Assembly: GCA_040290255.1 (NCBI GenBank)
Contig: PSMU01000001.1
Coordinates: 198,723-262,722, forward strand
Length of the DNA stretch: 64,000 bases
Origin: Nitrososphaerota archaeon
GTDB taxonomy: Archaea; Thermoproteota; Nitrososphaeria; PSMU01
Reading direction: 5' to 3'
Position numbers and translations under genes: made by a program. The notes under the pieces are model-generated. The model saw only the letters and a program-made list of their open reading frames with translations, did not search any database and was not told the origin of the DNA. Positions 18,922 to 27,934 of the stretch are shown here, one piece after another (position 1 is the first letter of the stretch; the number at the start of each line of letters is the position of its first letter).

Positions 18922-20568
18922 CTACGCCTCGAGCTTGTAGCGGGCCAGCGCGAACCTATATATCCGCTTCCATGCCAGCCTATTCAGCGCCAGCACGGTG
19001 AGCACCATGGCCCCAAGGCCGGCGAGCAGCAGGCCGTTGTTGCCCATCTCCAGCGCGGCCGTGCTCAGGAGCGAGCCTATGCCCGGCAGGCTCACGACGC
19101 CCCTGCCCGTGACGATGTACTCCGATACGATCAGCGTGTTCCATCCTCCTCCCCACGCCGTTATGCTGCCCGTGACCAGCGAGGGCAGCGAGGCGGGGAG
19201 GATGAGCCTGGTCCAGAGCCTGAGCCCCCTGAGCCCATAGACGCTGGAGGCCTCGCGCAGCTCGTTGGGTATGGAGCTGATGCCGCCCAGCAGGTTGAAC
19301 AGGATGTACCACTGCATGCCCGTCATCGTCAGCAGCACGGAGACGAGCCAGTAGCCGCCGGGCAGGTAGGGCGCGACCAGCGTGAACAGCGGAAAGAAGG
19401 CCGTGGCGGGGATCGAGGCCAGGACCTCCGCCGTCACGCTGAGCGCGTAGAGTCCCCCGCTGCCCCTTTGGCTCAGCCAGGCCACGAGCGGGAAGGACCA
19501 GGCCAGGCTGAGCGCAAAGGCCGCCGCGAGCCGGGCGAGCGAGTAGAGGATGTAGAGCGGCATCTGGCGCAGCAGGGCCGAGGCCCTAGGGTCCGCCAGC
19601 TGGGCCGCCAGCAGCGAGAGCTGAAGCTTCAGTTGCAGGAGGAGCTGCGGGGCCAGGGCTATGACGAGCGCGGGGAGGGTTACCGTGGCCCCCAGCGCCA
19701 GCGCCCTGAGCAGCCTTACTTGGGGCTGGAGGCGCCCCCAGGAGGGCCTGATCGCCCTCCTGAGCAGCGCCGCGCGCGGCGGCCCATGCCTCCAGGAGAG
19801 GGAGGAGAGGACCCTGAGCCTTGCATGCCTCCTCAGCCAGGCGAAGGCCGAGATGTGGAAGAGGTAATAGCCCGAGGCCCTTTCGTGGGCCACGGCCTCC
19901 TGCACGAACCTTTCCGCATACGCGCGGAGCGGCAGCCAGAAGAGCAGCTCCACGAGGGCCAAGATGAGGAGCAGGGCGGCGAGCCCCAGCAGGTACCCGC
20001 CGAAGTCGCCCGCGAAGGTGGCCTGGGCCAGGTAGCTGCCCAGGCCGGGCAGCCTATAGCTGGTGGAACCGAGCGTGATGTATTCGGCGGCGATGAGGAA
20101 GAACCATCCGCCGGCCCATGACATAGTGCCGTTGTAGACGAGTTTGGGCACGGCGGCGGGGATGAAGAGCCGGCGCAGCTTCTGCAGGAGGGAGAGGCGG
20201 TAGACCTTTGCGGCATCCTCGAGCTCGGAGGGCAGTGCGCTGACGCCCTCATATACGGCGAAGGCCAGGTTCCAGGCCATGGAGGTGAAGATCAGGAAGA
20301 TGGCCGCCAGCTCGAGCGCCAGGCGCGCGCCCTGAAAGGCGCTGATGAGGAAGAGGATGGCCACGGGAAAGAAGCCCAGGATGGGCACCGACTGGAGCAC
20401 GTCCAAGATGGGCAGCAGCACCCTCTCGGCCGCCTTGCTCCTCGCCGCGAGGACGCCGTAGGGGATGGCGAAGGCATACGAAAGCGCCAGGCCCGCGAAC
20501 ATCCTGAACAGCGAAAGGGCGGCATAGGCCAGCACGGCGCCCAGCGCCTCCAGCAACTCTAGGGACAA
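18922..20568 (-). CDS. ABC transporter permease with duplicated transmembrane domain
   Basis: 548 aa, two tandem binding-protein-dependent permease modules; no substrate-binding protein gene adjacent. Confidence 0.85.
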   Translation of the reverse strand: MSLELLEALGAVLAYAALSLFRMFAGLALSYAFAIPYGVLAARSKAAERVLLPILDVLQSVPILGFFPVAILFLISAFQGARLALELAAIFLIFTSMAWNLAFAVYEGVSALPSELEDAAKVYRLSLLQKLRRLFIPAAVPKLVYNGTMSWAGGWFFLIAAEYITLGSTSYRLPGLGSYLAQATFAGDFGGYLLGLAALLLILALVELLFWLPLRAYAERFVQEAVAHERASGYYLFHISAFAWLRRHARLRVLSSLSWRHGPPRAALLRRAIRPSWGRLQPQVRLLRALALGATVTLPALVIALAPQLLLQLKLQLSLLAAQLADPRASALLRQMPLYILYSLARLAAAFALSLAWSFPLVAWLSQRGSGGLYALSVTAEVLASIPATAFFPLFTLVAPYLPGGYWLVSVLLTMTGMQWYILFNLLGGISSIPNELREASSVYGLRGLRLWTRLILPASLPSLVTGSITAWGGGWNTLIVSEYIVTGRGVVSLPGIGSLLSTAALEMGNNGLLLAGLGAMVLTVLALNRLAWKRIYRFALARYKLEA

Positions 20569-20624
20569 GCCGCTCGCTGCCCGCGGTTTGCGCCGGGCTT
20601 TATACGCCTACCGCGCCCGTGAGG

Positions 20625-21149
20625 CTAGGCGCGGGGCCTCAGCTTTAACTCCTTCTCGATCTCGGCGATCCTGGCGCCCAGCGCCCTTACCATCTCGCTG
20701 TTGTCGACCTGCTGCAGCACGTTGCCGCAGGTGGGGCAGGTGTAGAAGGAGTCGATCGCCTCCTCCTCCTCGAGCACGGGGTGGCCCTTGGCGCCGCAGT
20801 GGTAAAACCTATGCTCGCTCTCATACCTGAGCCTCTCCCTCAGCCTCATCAGGATCTTATGCTTCTGGCCCTCGATATAGCTCTCGACCTGATCCCTGTC
20901 GGCCTTCCACCTATAGATCGTCCACCCCTTCTTGGGGTCCTTGGTCCTGATGCCCTTTATCAGCGTGCGGCCGTGCAGGTCGTAAAGGATCCTCCTGACC
21001 GCGTTGATCTTAAGGCCCGTAGAGCTGGCGACCTCCTCGTCCGTGACGCCCTCCGTGGAGAGCAGCGCGCGGGCCACCTTCACATACTCATCGCCCCCCA
21101 GGATGCTGCAGAGCTTCACGAAGCTGTCCTCGAACTCTACCTTCGACAA
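20625..21149 (-). CDS. tfe: transcription factor E (TFE-alpha)
   Basis: N-terminal winged helix plus zinc ribbon (YHCGAKGH ... YTCPTCGN); 174 aa. Confidence 0.75.
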   Translation of the reverse strand: MSKVEFEDSFVKLCSILGGDEYVKVARALLSTEGVTDEEVASSTGLKINAVRRILYDLHGRTLIKGIRTKDPKKGWTIYRWKADRDQVESYIEGQKHKILMRLRERLRYESEHRFYHCGAKGHPVLEEEEAIDSFYTCPTCGNVLQQVDNSEMVRALGARIAEIEKELKLRPRA

Positions 21150-21174
21150 GGCCGTTTACTCGCCTCCTGTTCGT

Positions 21175-21606
21175 TTAAGCTTTGCGCTTCTCCTTGAGCA
21201 GGCCCTCGAGATAGGAGCCGTAGCCCCGCGCGTCGAGCAGCTGGGTTAGCTCGGCCTCAAAGCCCTCCCGCAGCTCCAGGGCCGCGATCCACCCCTGCTC
21301 ATAGGGCGAGGCGTTGATGAGCTCGGGCCTGCTCGTGAGGGCCTGGTTCACCTCGAGCACGATGCCCGAGAGCGGGGCATAGACCTCCCCCACGGCCTTC
21401 ACGGACTCCAGCGTGGCGACCACATCGCCCTGCTTCACCCTGTCGCCGGGCCTGGGCAGCGAGACATAGACGATGTCCGTGAGCTCCTTCGCGGCGTAGT
21501 CCGTGATGCCCAGGTACGCCCTGCGCCCCTCCACCCTCGTCCACTCATGTTGCTTTGTGTAGAGAAGGCCCTCCCTTATTCTGTAGCCCTTCACGAGGCG
21601 CTCCAA
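21175..21606 (-). CDS. gcvH: glycine cleavage system H protein
   Basis: Lipoyl-lysine motif ESVKAV and HEW start region; overlaps gcvT stop. Confidence 0.85.
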   Translation of the reverse strand: MERLVKGYRIREGLLYTKQHEWTRVEGRRAYLGITDYAAKELTDIVYVSLPRPGDRVKQGDVVATLESVKAVGEVYAPLSGIVLEVNQALTSRPELINASPYEQGWIAALELREGFEAELTQLLDARGYGSYLEGLLKEKRKA

Positions 21607-22727
21607 GCCTGCCCTCTCTCCCGGGCTCCCCTCCTATAGCCATAAAGGCTTTGGTCGTAGAAGGGAGGCCTCCTTATGAGCGCCCTCCTGCTCCTGCCCT
21701 CGGCCACCACGAGGAGCTCGAGGTTCTCCTGGGCCAGCTCGGGCGCCACGTAGCCCAGCGCGATGCCCCTCCTGAGGATGGGCGAGTAGCCGCCGCTGGT
21801 GATGCGGCCCACGATGGCGGAGTCCCGGGCCAGCTGCTGCCCCGCCCTGGGCACGCCGGGCTCGAGCAGCAGCAGGCCCACCCTCTTCTCCCTGATCTTG
21901 GCCGAGGAAAGGGCAGCCCTTCCCACGAACTCCCCCTTCTCCAGGTTCACGAGCCGCTCCAGGCCCGCCTCCAGCGGGTTTGTATCCTCGTTTATGTCCT
22001 GGCCATAAAGGCAATAGCCCGCCTCGAGGCGAAGGCTGTCCCTGGCCCCGAGGCCGCAGGGCCTGGCGCCCAGCTCCAGCAGCCTCTGCCAGAGCGCGAG
22101 CGCCGGGTCGGGCCTATGGAGCATCACGTCTAGGAGCACCACCTCAAAGCCGTCCTCGCCCGTATAGCCCGTCCTGGAGATGATGGCGACCTGCCCCTCG
22201 AAGCGGGCCTGAAGCAGGCCGAACCTCCTGAGGCCTGGGGCGGAGGGGAAGAGCTGGGCCAGGAGCCCCGCCGCCAGGGGCCCCTGCAGCGCCACCATGG
22301 CGCTGGCCTCGGTTATATCGGCCACGCTCACGCGCGCGGCGCCTCGGCGGGCCCTCAGCCAGCTCGCATCCTTCTCCCTGTTCACCGCGTTGCCCACCAG
22401 CAGGTAGCGCTCCTCCTCCAGCCTCATGATGATGACGTCATCCAGGATGCCCGCCGCCTCGTTGAGCAGGAGGGTATATGCCGCCCTCCCCGGCTGCAGG
22501 CTAGAGAGGTCGCTCGGCACGAGCCCATCGAGGAAGCTGGCCGCATCGGGGCCCTCGATCAGGAAGCGGGCCATATGGGAGACGTCGAAGAGCCCGCAGC
22601 GCTCCCTCACCGCCATATGCTCCGCGAGGATGGACTCGTAGTAGAGCGGCATCAGGTAGCCGGCGAACTCCGTGAGCTTGGCGTGCGCGGCATGATAGCT
22701 GTACAGGGGCGTGAGCCTTAAGGGCAC
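21591..22727 (-). CDS. gcvT: glycine cleavage system T protein (aminomethyltransferase)
   Basis: 378 aa with GcvT pattern (GLFDVSHMARF, GYTGEDGFEV); GTG start. Confidence 0.9.
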   Translation of the reverse strand: MPLRLTPLYSYHAAHAKLTEFAGYLMPLYYESILAEHMAVRERCGLFDVSHMARFLIEGPDAASFLDGLVPSDLSSLQPGRAAYTLLLNEAAGILDDVIIMRLEEERYLLVGNAVNREKDASWLRARRGAARVSVADITEASAMVALQGPLAAGLLAQLFPSAPGLRRFGLLQARFEGQVAIISRTGYTGEDGFEVVLLDVMLHRPDPALALWQRLLELGARPCGLGARDSLRLEAGYCLYGQDINEDTNPLEAGLERLVNLEKGEFVGRAALSSAKIREKRVGLLLLEPGVPRAGQQLARDSAIVGRITSGGYSPILRRGIALGYVAPELAQENLELLVVAEGRSRRALIRRPPFYDQSLYGYRRGARERGQAWSAS

Positions 22728-22811
22728 GCCCTGGCCTCGCGCTCGGCCGTTTAAACGCTTGGGCAGGTTTAAATGCCGGCCCTTCGGCCGCTGGCCATTG
22801 TCCTACTCCGG
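22728..22811. promoter_or_regulatory. divergent promoter region with two TTTAAA-type TATA boxes
   Basis: gtttaaacgcttgggcaggtttaaatg between gcvT and the CofE-like gene; the track ATG at 22773 lies inside the second box, so the CDS more likely starts at ATG 22812. Confidence 0.35.
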
Positions 22812-23687
22812 GCAATGGCGCTAAAGGGGGAGGCTTCAGGACGCGCCCTGCTCGAGGCGCCGCGGGACGCGCTGCGCGACGGGGATATCCTGGTCGTATC
22901 GAGCAAGTATGTGGCCAAGCTGCAGGGGAGGGTGCTGAGGTATACCGGGGTGAGGCCCAGGGCGAGGGCGAGGAGGCTGGCGAGGGCCTTTGGCCTGCAG
23001 CCAAAGGAGGCCGAGGTCATCCTGAGGGAGGCGGAGGAGGTCTACGGGGGGATTCGCGGCGTGCTGCTCACCGCCAAGCTGGGCACGCTGGCCCCCAACG
23101 CGGGCATCGACCACTCGAACGTCAGAAGGGGCCTGGTCGTGCTACAGCCCCTTCGACCTTGGGAGGAGGCGCGCAAGCTGTGGGACAGGTTCTTCCTGTA
23201 CCGCAACGCGAGGCTCGGGATCATCATAGCGGACAGCCGGCTGACGCCTCTGAGGCGAGGCACCACGGGCGTGGCGCTGGCCAGCTGTGGCGTGCCGGGC
23301 GTGCTGGATGAGAGGGGCAGGGAGGACCTTTATGGCAGGAGGCTTCGCGTCACCTTCAGGGCGCTGGCGGATGCGCTGGCCTCGGCGGCGGAGGCGCTGA
23401 TGGGCGAGGCGGGCGAGGCCACGCCCCTGGTGCTGATCAGGGGCTATAGGGCCAGGGGAAGGGATGCCGGCGCGCTCAGCGTGAGCCCGCGCATCTGCCT
23501 CTTTATGAGGGGCCTAAAAGGAGGGGCTGAGCTCCAGCTTGAACCTGTCGAGGGAGAGCAGCCGGCCGCAGCTCCTGCAGCGGTTGGAGTAGATCTTCAG
23601 CGCATCCCTGGGCGACCTGAGCTCGGAGCCCGAGTAGATGACCGCCCCGCAGGCGCCGCACCTGATCTCGAAGACCACCCCTCCTAG
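22773..23687 (+). CDS. CofE-like (F420-0:gamma-glutamyl ligase family) protein
   Basis: DILVVSSKYVAKLQGRV and LGIIIADSRLTPLRRGTTGVALASCGV match CofE-family motifs; alternative start 22812; C-terminal ~55 aa are low-complexity and overlap an antisense small ORF. Confidence 0.65.
   Translation: MPALRPLAIVLLRAMALKGEASGRALLEAPRDALRDGDILVVSSKYVAKLQGRVLRYTGVRPRARARRLARAFGLQPKEAEVILREAEEVYGGIRGVLLTAKLGTLAPNAGIDHSNVRRGLVVLQPLRPWEEARKLWDRFFLYRNARLGIIIADSRLTPLRRGTTGVALASCGVPGVLDERGREDLYGRRLRVTFRALADALASAAEALMGEAGEATPLVLIRGYRARGRDAGALSVSPRICLFMRGLKGGAELQLEPVEGEQPAAAPAAVGVDLQRIPGRPELGARVDDRPAGAAPDLEDHPS
23514..23678 (-). CDS. small zinc-ribbon protein (CxxC-x23-CxxC), 54 aa
   Basis: Manual translation VVFEIRCGACGAVIYSGSELRSPRDALKIYSNRCRSCGRLLSLDRFKLELSPSF; GTG start preceded by GGAGGG; below the track length cutoff; antisense to the CofE-like tail. 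Confidence 0.35.
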   Translation of the reverse strand: MVFEIRCGACGAVIYSGSELRSPRDALKIYSNRCRSCGRLLSLDRFKLELSPSF

Positions 23688-23740
23688 GCCGCGAGGGGGG
23701 CCTATAAACTTAAAGCCTGGGGCCTGCGACCCGCGCCAGC

Positions 23741-24130
23741 TTGGGGGCCCGGGCCTTTCTCTCCCGCTTCATGGAGAGGCTGAGGAGCAGGCCTAGGGGA
23801 CATGGCGCCGCGGCCCTACTCCCGCTGCTGCTCTATCTGGCGGCGCTGGCCCTCTTCAGCGCGGGGCTGCTCAACGTCCTGCTCGAGGGAGCGACGCTGC
23901 CGAGGGATGTGATCATCTACGGCGGGCGAGAGCGGCAGACCATCTACGAGCTCTTCATGCTCATGGGCGTCTACATAGTAGGCGCCACGGGCCTCTACGC
24001 CTGGGTGCTCGCGGGGAGAAGGGGGATGCAGGAGAGGATCGCGAGGATGTACTTTATGGTCGGCCTGCTGGGCCTCCTGCTGGCCTTCGCGATGGGCTAC
24101 TATATCCTGGTGCGCAAGGGCTACTTCTAG
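23741..24130 (+). CDS. small integral membrane protein (three predicted TM helices)
   Basis: 129 aa with three hydrophobic segments; no family recognised. Confidence 0.5.
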   Translation: MGARAFLSRFMERLRSRPRGHGAAALLPLLLYLAALALFSAGLLNVLLEGATLPRDVIIYGGRERQTIYELFMLMGVYIVGATGLYAWVLAGRRGMQERIARMYFMVGLLGLLLAFAMGYYILVRKGYF

Positions 24131-24132
24131 GC

Positions 24133-24624
24133 CTAGAGCTCTATGACGTGCACGCCCAGCCTCTTGAGGGCCAGCTGATTTATCAGCCACCTGCCGTAGG
24201 CGCCCAGCTCGTATTCGCAGAGCAGCACGGGCGCCTTCAGCTGCAGGGCCAGCTCGGAGAGGAGCACGAGGTAGAAGAGCGTGAAGAGCGGCACCTCCCT
24301 GAGCATGAGGCCCCTGGCCATCGAGAGCACGGGGGCGCGCAGGCTGTCGGAGATGACGCAGGAGGGCGTCGAGAAGAGGGGGGGCAGCGGGGGGAGGCCC
24401 AGCTGCGCGCAGAAGGCCAGGCCATCCACCGCCCTCACCCTGCGCGTGAGGGGTGCGGCGAGCCGGCGCAGCACGTGAGGCCAAGAGCCGCAGAAGTCGT
24501 AGTAGAGCGCCCATCCGCCCTGGGCATAGCGCTTCAGCGAGGCCGCGAGGAAGTCCAAGGCATCGGCCGGGTCGCCGTAGATGGCCAGGTTCACGCTGTC
24601 GCCGCGGAGCTCGGGCGCGGCCAA
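24133..24624 (-). CDS. hypothetical protein
   Basis: 163 aa ORF, protein-like composition unlike the overlapping Arg/Pro-rich frames; TTG start; no family recognised. Confidence 0.45.
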   Translation of the reverse strand: MAAPELRGDSVNLAIYGDPADALDFLAASLKRYAQGGWALYYDFCGSWPHVLRRLAAPLTRRVRAVDGLAFCAQLGLPPLPPLFSTPSCVISDSLRAPVLSMARGLMLREVPLFTLFYLVLLSELALQLKAPVLLCEYELGAYGRWLINQLALKRLGVHVIEL

Positions 24625-24748
24625 GCCCTAGCCCCTGGCCCACTTGGGGTGGTCGGACTTCTTGTTCTCTTCACAAATCGGTGAGACAGGTCCTCCGCAT
24701 CCCACCCTGATGAAGAAGGGACGCCCGGGGTTATAAGAGTTTGCGCGC

Positions 24749-24949
24749 CTAGGGCAGCAGCCGCCCCGCCACCCTCCTGGCGCGCCGCTCGAAGGCGGCC
24801 TCCTCGACCAGCTCCTGGGCGGCATACTCATGCATGTGGCCCATGGGGCAGGCCAGCACGTATCTTTCCTGGCCCTTAACCATGCCCTGCTCGGGGAGCC
24901 CGCTGTTGAAGTAGAGCCCGCAGCTCCTGCAGCGCACATATAGGGCCAT
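24749..24949 (-). CDS. small zinc-binding protein (Cys/His cluster)
   Basis: 66 aa, YVRCRSCGLYF ... ACPMGHMHEY; divergent from thiDN. Confidence 0.5.
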   Translation of the reverse strand: MALYVRCRSCGLYFNSGLPEQGMVKGQERYVLACPMGHMHEYAAQELVEEAAFERRARRVAGRLLP

Positions 24950-25034
24950 GGGCGCCCGGGGCGCCGGTCGCTTATATGGTTGGTCTTAACCGGGTTATAG
25001 CAATCGTTAAATCGGCTGCGCCTTTCGCTTTCCC

Positions 25035-26405
25035 GTGAAGGTCCCCGTCGCGCTCACCATCGCGGGCTCGGACTCAGGGGGAGGGGCAGGGATCCAGGCG
25101 GACCTTAAGACCTTCGCCGCCCTAGGCGTGCACGGCGCCTGCGCGATCACGGCCATAACCGCCCAAAACACGCGGGAGGTGACGGGGGTTGCGCGCGTGG
25201 AGATCCCCCTGCTGAGGGCGCAGATCAGGGCCGTGGCCGAGGACCTGGGCGTGGATGCGGCCAAGACGGGCATGCTCTACGATGAGGAGGTCATCAGGGC
25301 CGTGGCCGAGGAGTGGAGGTCGGTGCGAAGCCCGCTCGTGGTGGACCCCGTGATGGTGGCCAAGAGCGGCGCGCGGCTGCTGAAGGAGGAGGCCGTACGG
25401 GCGCTCATCGAAGAGCTCCTGCCCCTGGCCACGGTGGCCACGCCCAACATCCCCGAGGCGGAGGTCCTGAGCGGGCGGCGCATCGACGGCCTGGAGGCCA
25501 TGGAGGAGGCGGCCCGCAGCATCGCGGGGCTCGGGCCCAGGGCGGTGGTGGTCAAGGGCGGGCATAGGCCCACGGGCTCTAAGGTCGTGAACGTGCTGTA
25601 CTGGGAGGGGAGGTTCTGGAGGCAGGAGCTCCCCTATCACGAGACTAGCACCACGCACGGCGCCGGCTGCTGCTTCTCCGCGGCCATCGCGGCCGAGCTG
25701 GCGAAGGGGGCCAGCATCGAGCGGGCCGTCGAAGCGGCCGGACTTCTCGCCAATAGGGCCATACAGCACGGGCTGGCCCTGGGCGGGGGCCATGGCCCCG
25801 TCAACCCGCTCGTAGAGCTCTACTCGAGGGCCGATGAGCTAGCGACGCTGCAGGACGTGGAGAGGGCCGCGCGCCTGCTGGAGGAGGCGGGCTCGGGCGC
25901 GCTGCTGAGCCCCGAGTGCCAGATCAACGTGGCCATGGCGCTACAGTACGCGCGTGATGCGATGGATGTGGTGGCCATCCCCGGCCGCATCGTGAACGTG
26001 ATGGGCAGGCTCCGGGCCAGCGCGCCGCCCAGGAGGGGCGCTTCAAGGCACCTGGCCAGCTACCTGCTCGCGCTGAGGCCCCATGCCCCCGAGCTGAGGG
26101 GCGCCGTCAACATACGCTACTCGAAGGAGTTCATCGAAAGGGCCAGGGCGCTGGGGCTGCGCGTTTCAGGCTACGACCGCCGGGCCGAGCCGCCCGATGT
26201 GAAGGAGAGGGAGGGCGCCACGACGCGCTGGGGGGCCGAGCAGGCCCTGAAGGCCCTCGGCAGGGCGCCCGACGTGATCTACCATGAAGGGGACGTGGGA
26301 AAGGAGCCCATGATCGTGGTGCTGGGAGGGACGGCGACGGAGGCCGTCAGGCGGGCGCTGAGGATGGCGGGCCTGCCCGAGCCCTCGGGAGCAGGAACTT
26401 CCTGA
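25035..26405 (+). CDS. thiDN: bifunctional hydroxymethylpyrimidine kinase / thiamine-phosphate synthase (ThiD-ThiN fusion)
   Basis: N-terminal ThiD kinase domain ([21 protein letters not shown]) plus ~190 aa C-terminal ThiN-type domain. Confidence 0.85.
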   Translation: MKVPVALTIAGSDSGGGAGIQADLKTFAALGVHGACAITAITAQNTREVTGVARVEIPLLRAQIRAVAEDLGVDAAKTGMLYDEEVIRAVAEEWRSVRSPLVVDPVMVAKSGARLLKEEAVRALIEELLPLATVATPNIPEAEVLSGRRIDGLEAMEEAARSIAGLGPRAVVVKGGHRPTGSKVVNVLYWEGRFWRQELPYHETSTTHGAGCCFSAAIAAELAKGASIERAVEAAGLLANRAIQHGLALGGGHGPVNPLVELYSRADELATLQDVERAARLLEEAGSGALLSPECQINVAMALQYARDAMDVVAIPGRIVNVMGRLRASAPPRRGASRHLASYLLALRPHAPELRGAVNIRYSKEFIERARALGLRVSGYDRRAEPPDVKEREGATTRWGAEQALKALGRAPDVIYHEGDVGKEPMIVVLGGTATEAVRRALRMAGLPEPSGAGTS

Positions 26406-26997
26406 TGAAATACCTGTGCAGCCTCGTATCGCCCGAAAGCTCGGGGTGAAAGGTCGTGGCCAGCACGCTGCCCTGCTCAAGGGCGACGATCGCGCCATCG
26501 GGCAGCTTGGCCAGCGGCGTGACGCCCTCGCCCACCTGCCTGATGATGGGCGAACGTATGAAGACCGCCCTGTAGGGCGGCGGGCCCAGCACGGGTATCT
26601 CTATCTCGGCCTCGAAGGACTCCCTCTGCCTGCCGAAGGCGTTGCGCTCCACGAGCACATCCAGCAGGCCGAGCAGGGGCTGTGAGGTCTGGCCCACCAC
26701 GCGATCATAGGCCCTCTTGGAGAGCAGGATGGCCCCCGCACAGGTGGCGAAGATGGGCAGCCCGCCCGCGATCTTCGCCTTCAGGGCCTCATGTAGGCGC
26801 GAGTAGAGCGCCAGCCAGCCCATCACCGTACTCTCGCCGCCCGGCATCAGGAGCGCGCTCACCCCCTCTAGGTCCTCGGCCCTCTTGACGTGCACGAAGC
26901 TGCTCTGAAGCCCCTCCTCCTCGAGCGCCCTCCTCATGGCTCCTTCGTGCTCCTCCAGGTCTCCCTGAAGCGCCAGGATGCCTATCTTCAGCTCCAT
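26347..26997 (-). CDS. pdxT: pyridoxal 5'-phosphate synthase glutaminase subunit PdxT
   Basis: MELKIGILALQGD ... PGGESTVM ... CAG ... VERNAFGRQ ... FHPE; start trimmed to ATG 26997; no pdxS adjacent. Confidence 0.85.
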   Translation of the reverse strand: MELKIGILALQGDLEEHEGAMRRALEEEGLQSSFVHVKRAEDLEGVSALLMPGGESTVMGWLALYSRLHEALKAKIAGGLPIFATCAGAILLSKRAYDRVVGQTSQPLLGLLDVLVERNAFGRQRESFEAEIEIPVLGPPPYRAVFIRSPIIRQVGEGVTPLAKLPDGAIVALEQGSVLATTFHPELSGDTRLHRYFIRKFLLPRARAGPPSSAPA

Positions 26998-27036
26998 GGT
27001 GGGGAACAAAGGCCGGTGCAATATAAGCTATCCGCG

Positions 27037-27879
27037 CTAGGCCCTGGCGGGCAGGCCCCTCAGGAGCTGCCCCTCATTTGCCAGCGCCTCGAGCGCCAAC
27101 TGCGCGGCCCTCTTGCCGCTCAGCAGCATGGCGCCGAAGGTCGGCCCGGGCCTGGGAAGGCCGAAGGTCTCGGCCACCGCCATGCCGGCCACGATGAGGC
27201 CCGGGTAGATCATGCGCGTATGCTCCACGATGGCCTCCTCCGACCTCTCCACCCACATGGCCCCCATGCCAGGGATCTTTATGATGCCCCTCTCATCGAG
27301 CCGCTTCACGCAGGCCGCGTCGTGGCCGCTGGCATCGATCACGACCTTCGCCTCCAGCGCGATGGGGTCCACGCAGGTGACGTTCCTGGGCAGGGCGGCC
27401 ACGGGGCTCCAGTTCACGACCACGCCCCTAACCCTCCCCTCGCGCAGGATCATGTCATCCAGCTGCGTGAGGTTCAGCACCTTGGCCCCCGCTTCGAGCG
27501 CGGCACAGGCGAGCTTGGCGGCGGCATAGGGGGCGCTGGCCACGAAGAGCCCATCGCCCCTGGGCTCATACCTGATGCCCAGCTCGTCCAGCACGCGCTC
27601 GGCCGGGTGCCTGAAGGTGGCTATGTTCATGAGGTAGCCGCCGACCCAGAACCCGCCGCCCAGGTAGTTGTTCTGCTCGATCAGCAGCGTCCTGTGCCCG
27701 GCCCTGGCGAGCTCCCTCGCCGCGATGAGGCCGGAGGGCCCGGCGCCCACGACGATGGCGTCGCTCTCCAGCAGCCCCCGGAGCTCCTCTGCGAAGCGGC
27801 TCACGATGGCCTCGCTCACATCCTTCTCCCTGGCCCTGCTGTCGAAGAGAGCCATGAGGTTCCGGCTTCCGGAGCGCAT
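27037..27879 (-). CDS. thi4: thiazole synthase Thi4 (archaeal type)
   Basis: FAD-binding VVGAGPSGL and Thi4-type sequence throughout. Confidence 0.85.
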   Translation of the reverse strand: MRSGSRNLMALFDSRAREKDVSEAIVSRFAEELRGLLESDAIVVGAGPSGLIAARELARAGHRTLLIEQNNYLGGGFWVGGYLMNIATFRHPAERVLDELGIRYEPRGDGLFVASAPYAAAKLACAALEAGAKVLNLTQLDDMILREGRVRGVVVNWSPVAALPRNVTCVDPIALEAKVVIDASGHDAACVKRLDERGIIKIPGMGAMWVERSEEAIVEHTRMIYPGLIVAGMAVAETFGLPRPGPTFGAMLLSGKRAAQLALEALANEGQLLRGLPARA

Positions 27880-27934
27880 ATAAGGTTGGCTATAAGCGAC
27901 TTATTCTTAATAACTGCGGGCGGGCGCCTGGCGC

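Noticed and set aside
18880-20121. 413 aa plus-strand ORF
   Set aside because: Antisense to the ABC permease; extreme Arg/Gln/Glu/Pro composition, no motifs.
23816-24643. 275 aa minus-strand ORF
   Set aside because: Arg/Pro/Ala-rich; overlaps the better-behaved membrane protein (plus) and 163 aa hypothetical (minus) frames.
24700-24760. C/D-box sRNA candidate (TGATGA C-box-like sequence)
   Set aside because: No matching D box (CTGA) at the expected spacing on either strand.
24950-25034. Possible TPP riboswitch upstream of thiDN
   Set aside because: No conserved TPP-aptamer elements were recognisable; the region looks like an ordinary AT-rich promoter.
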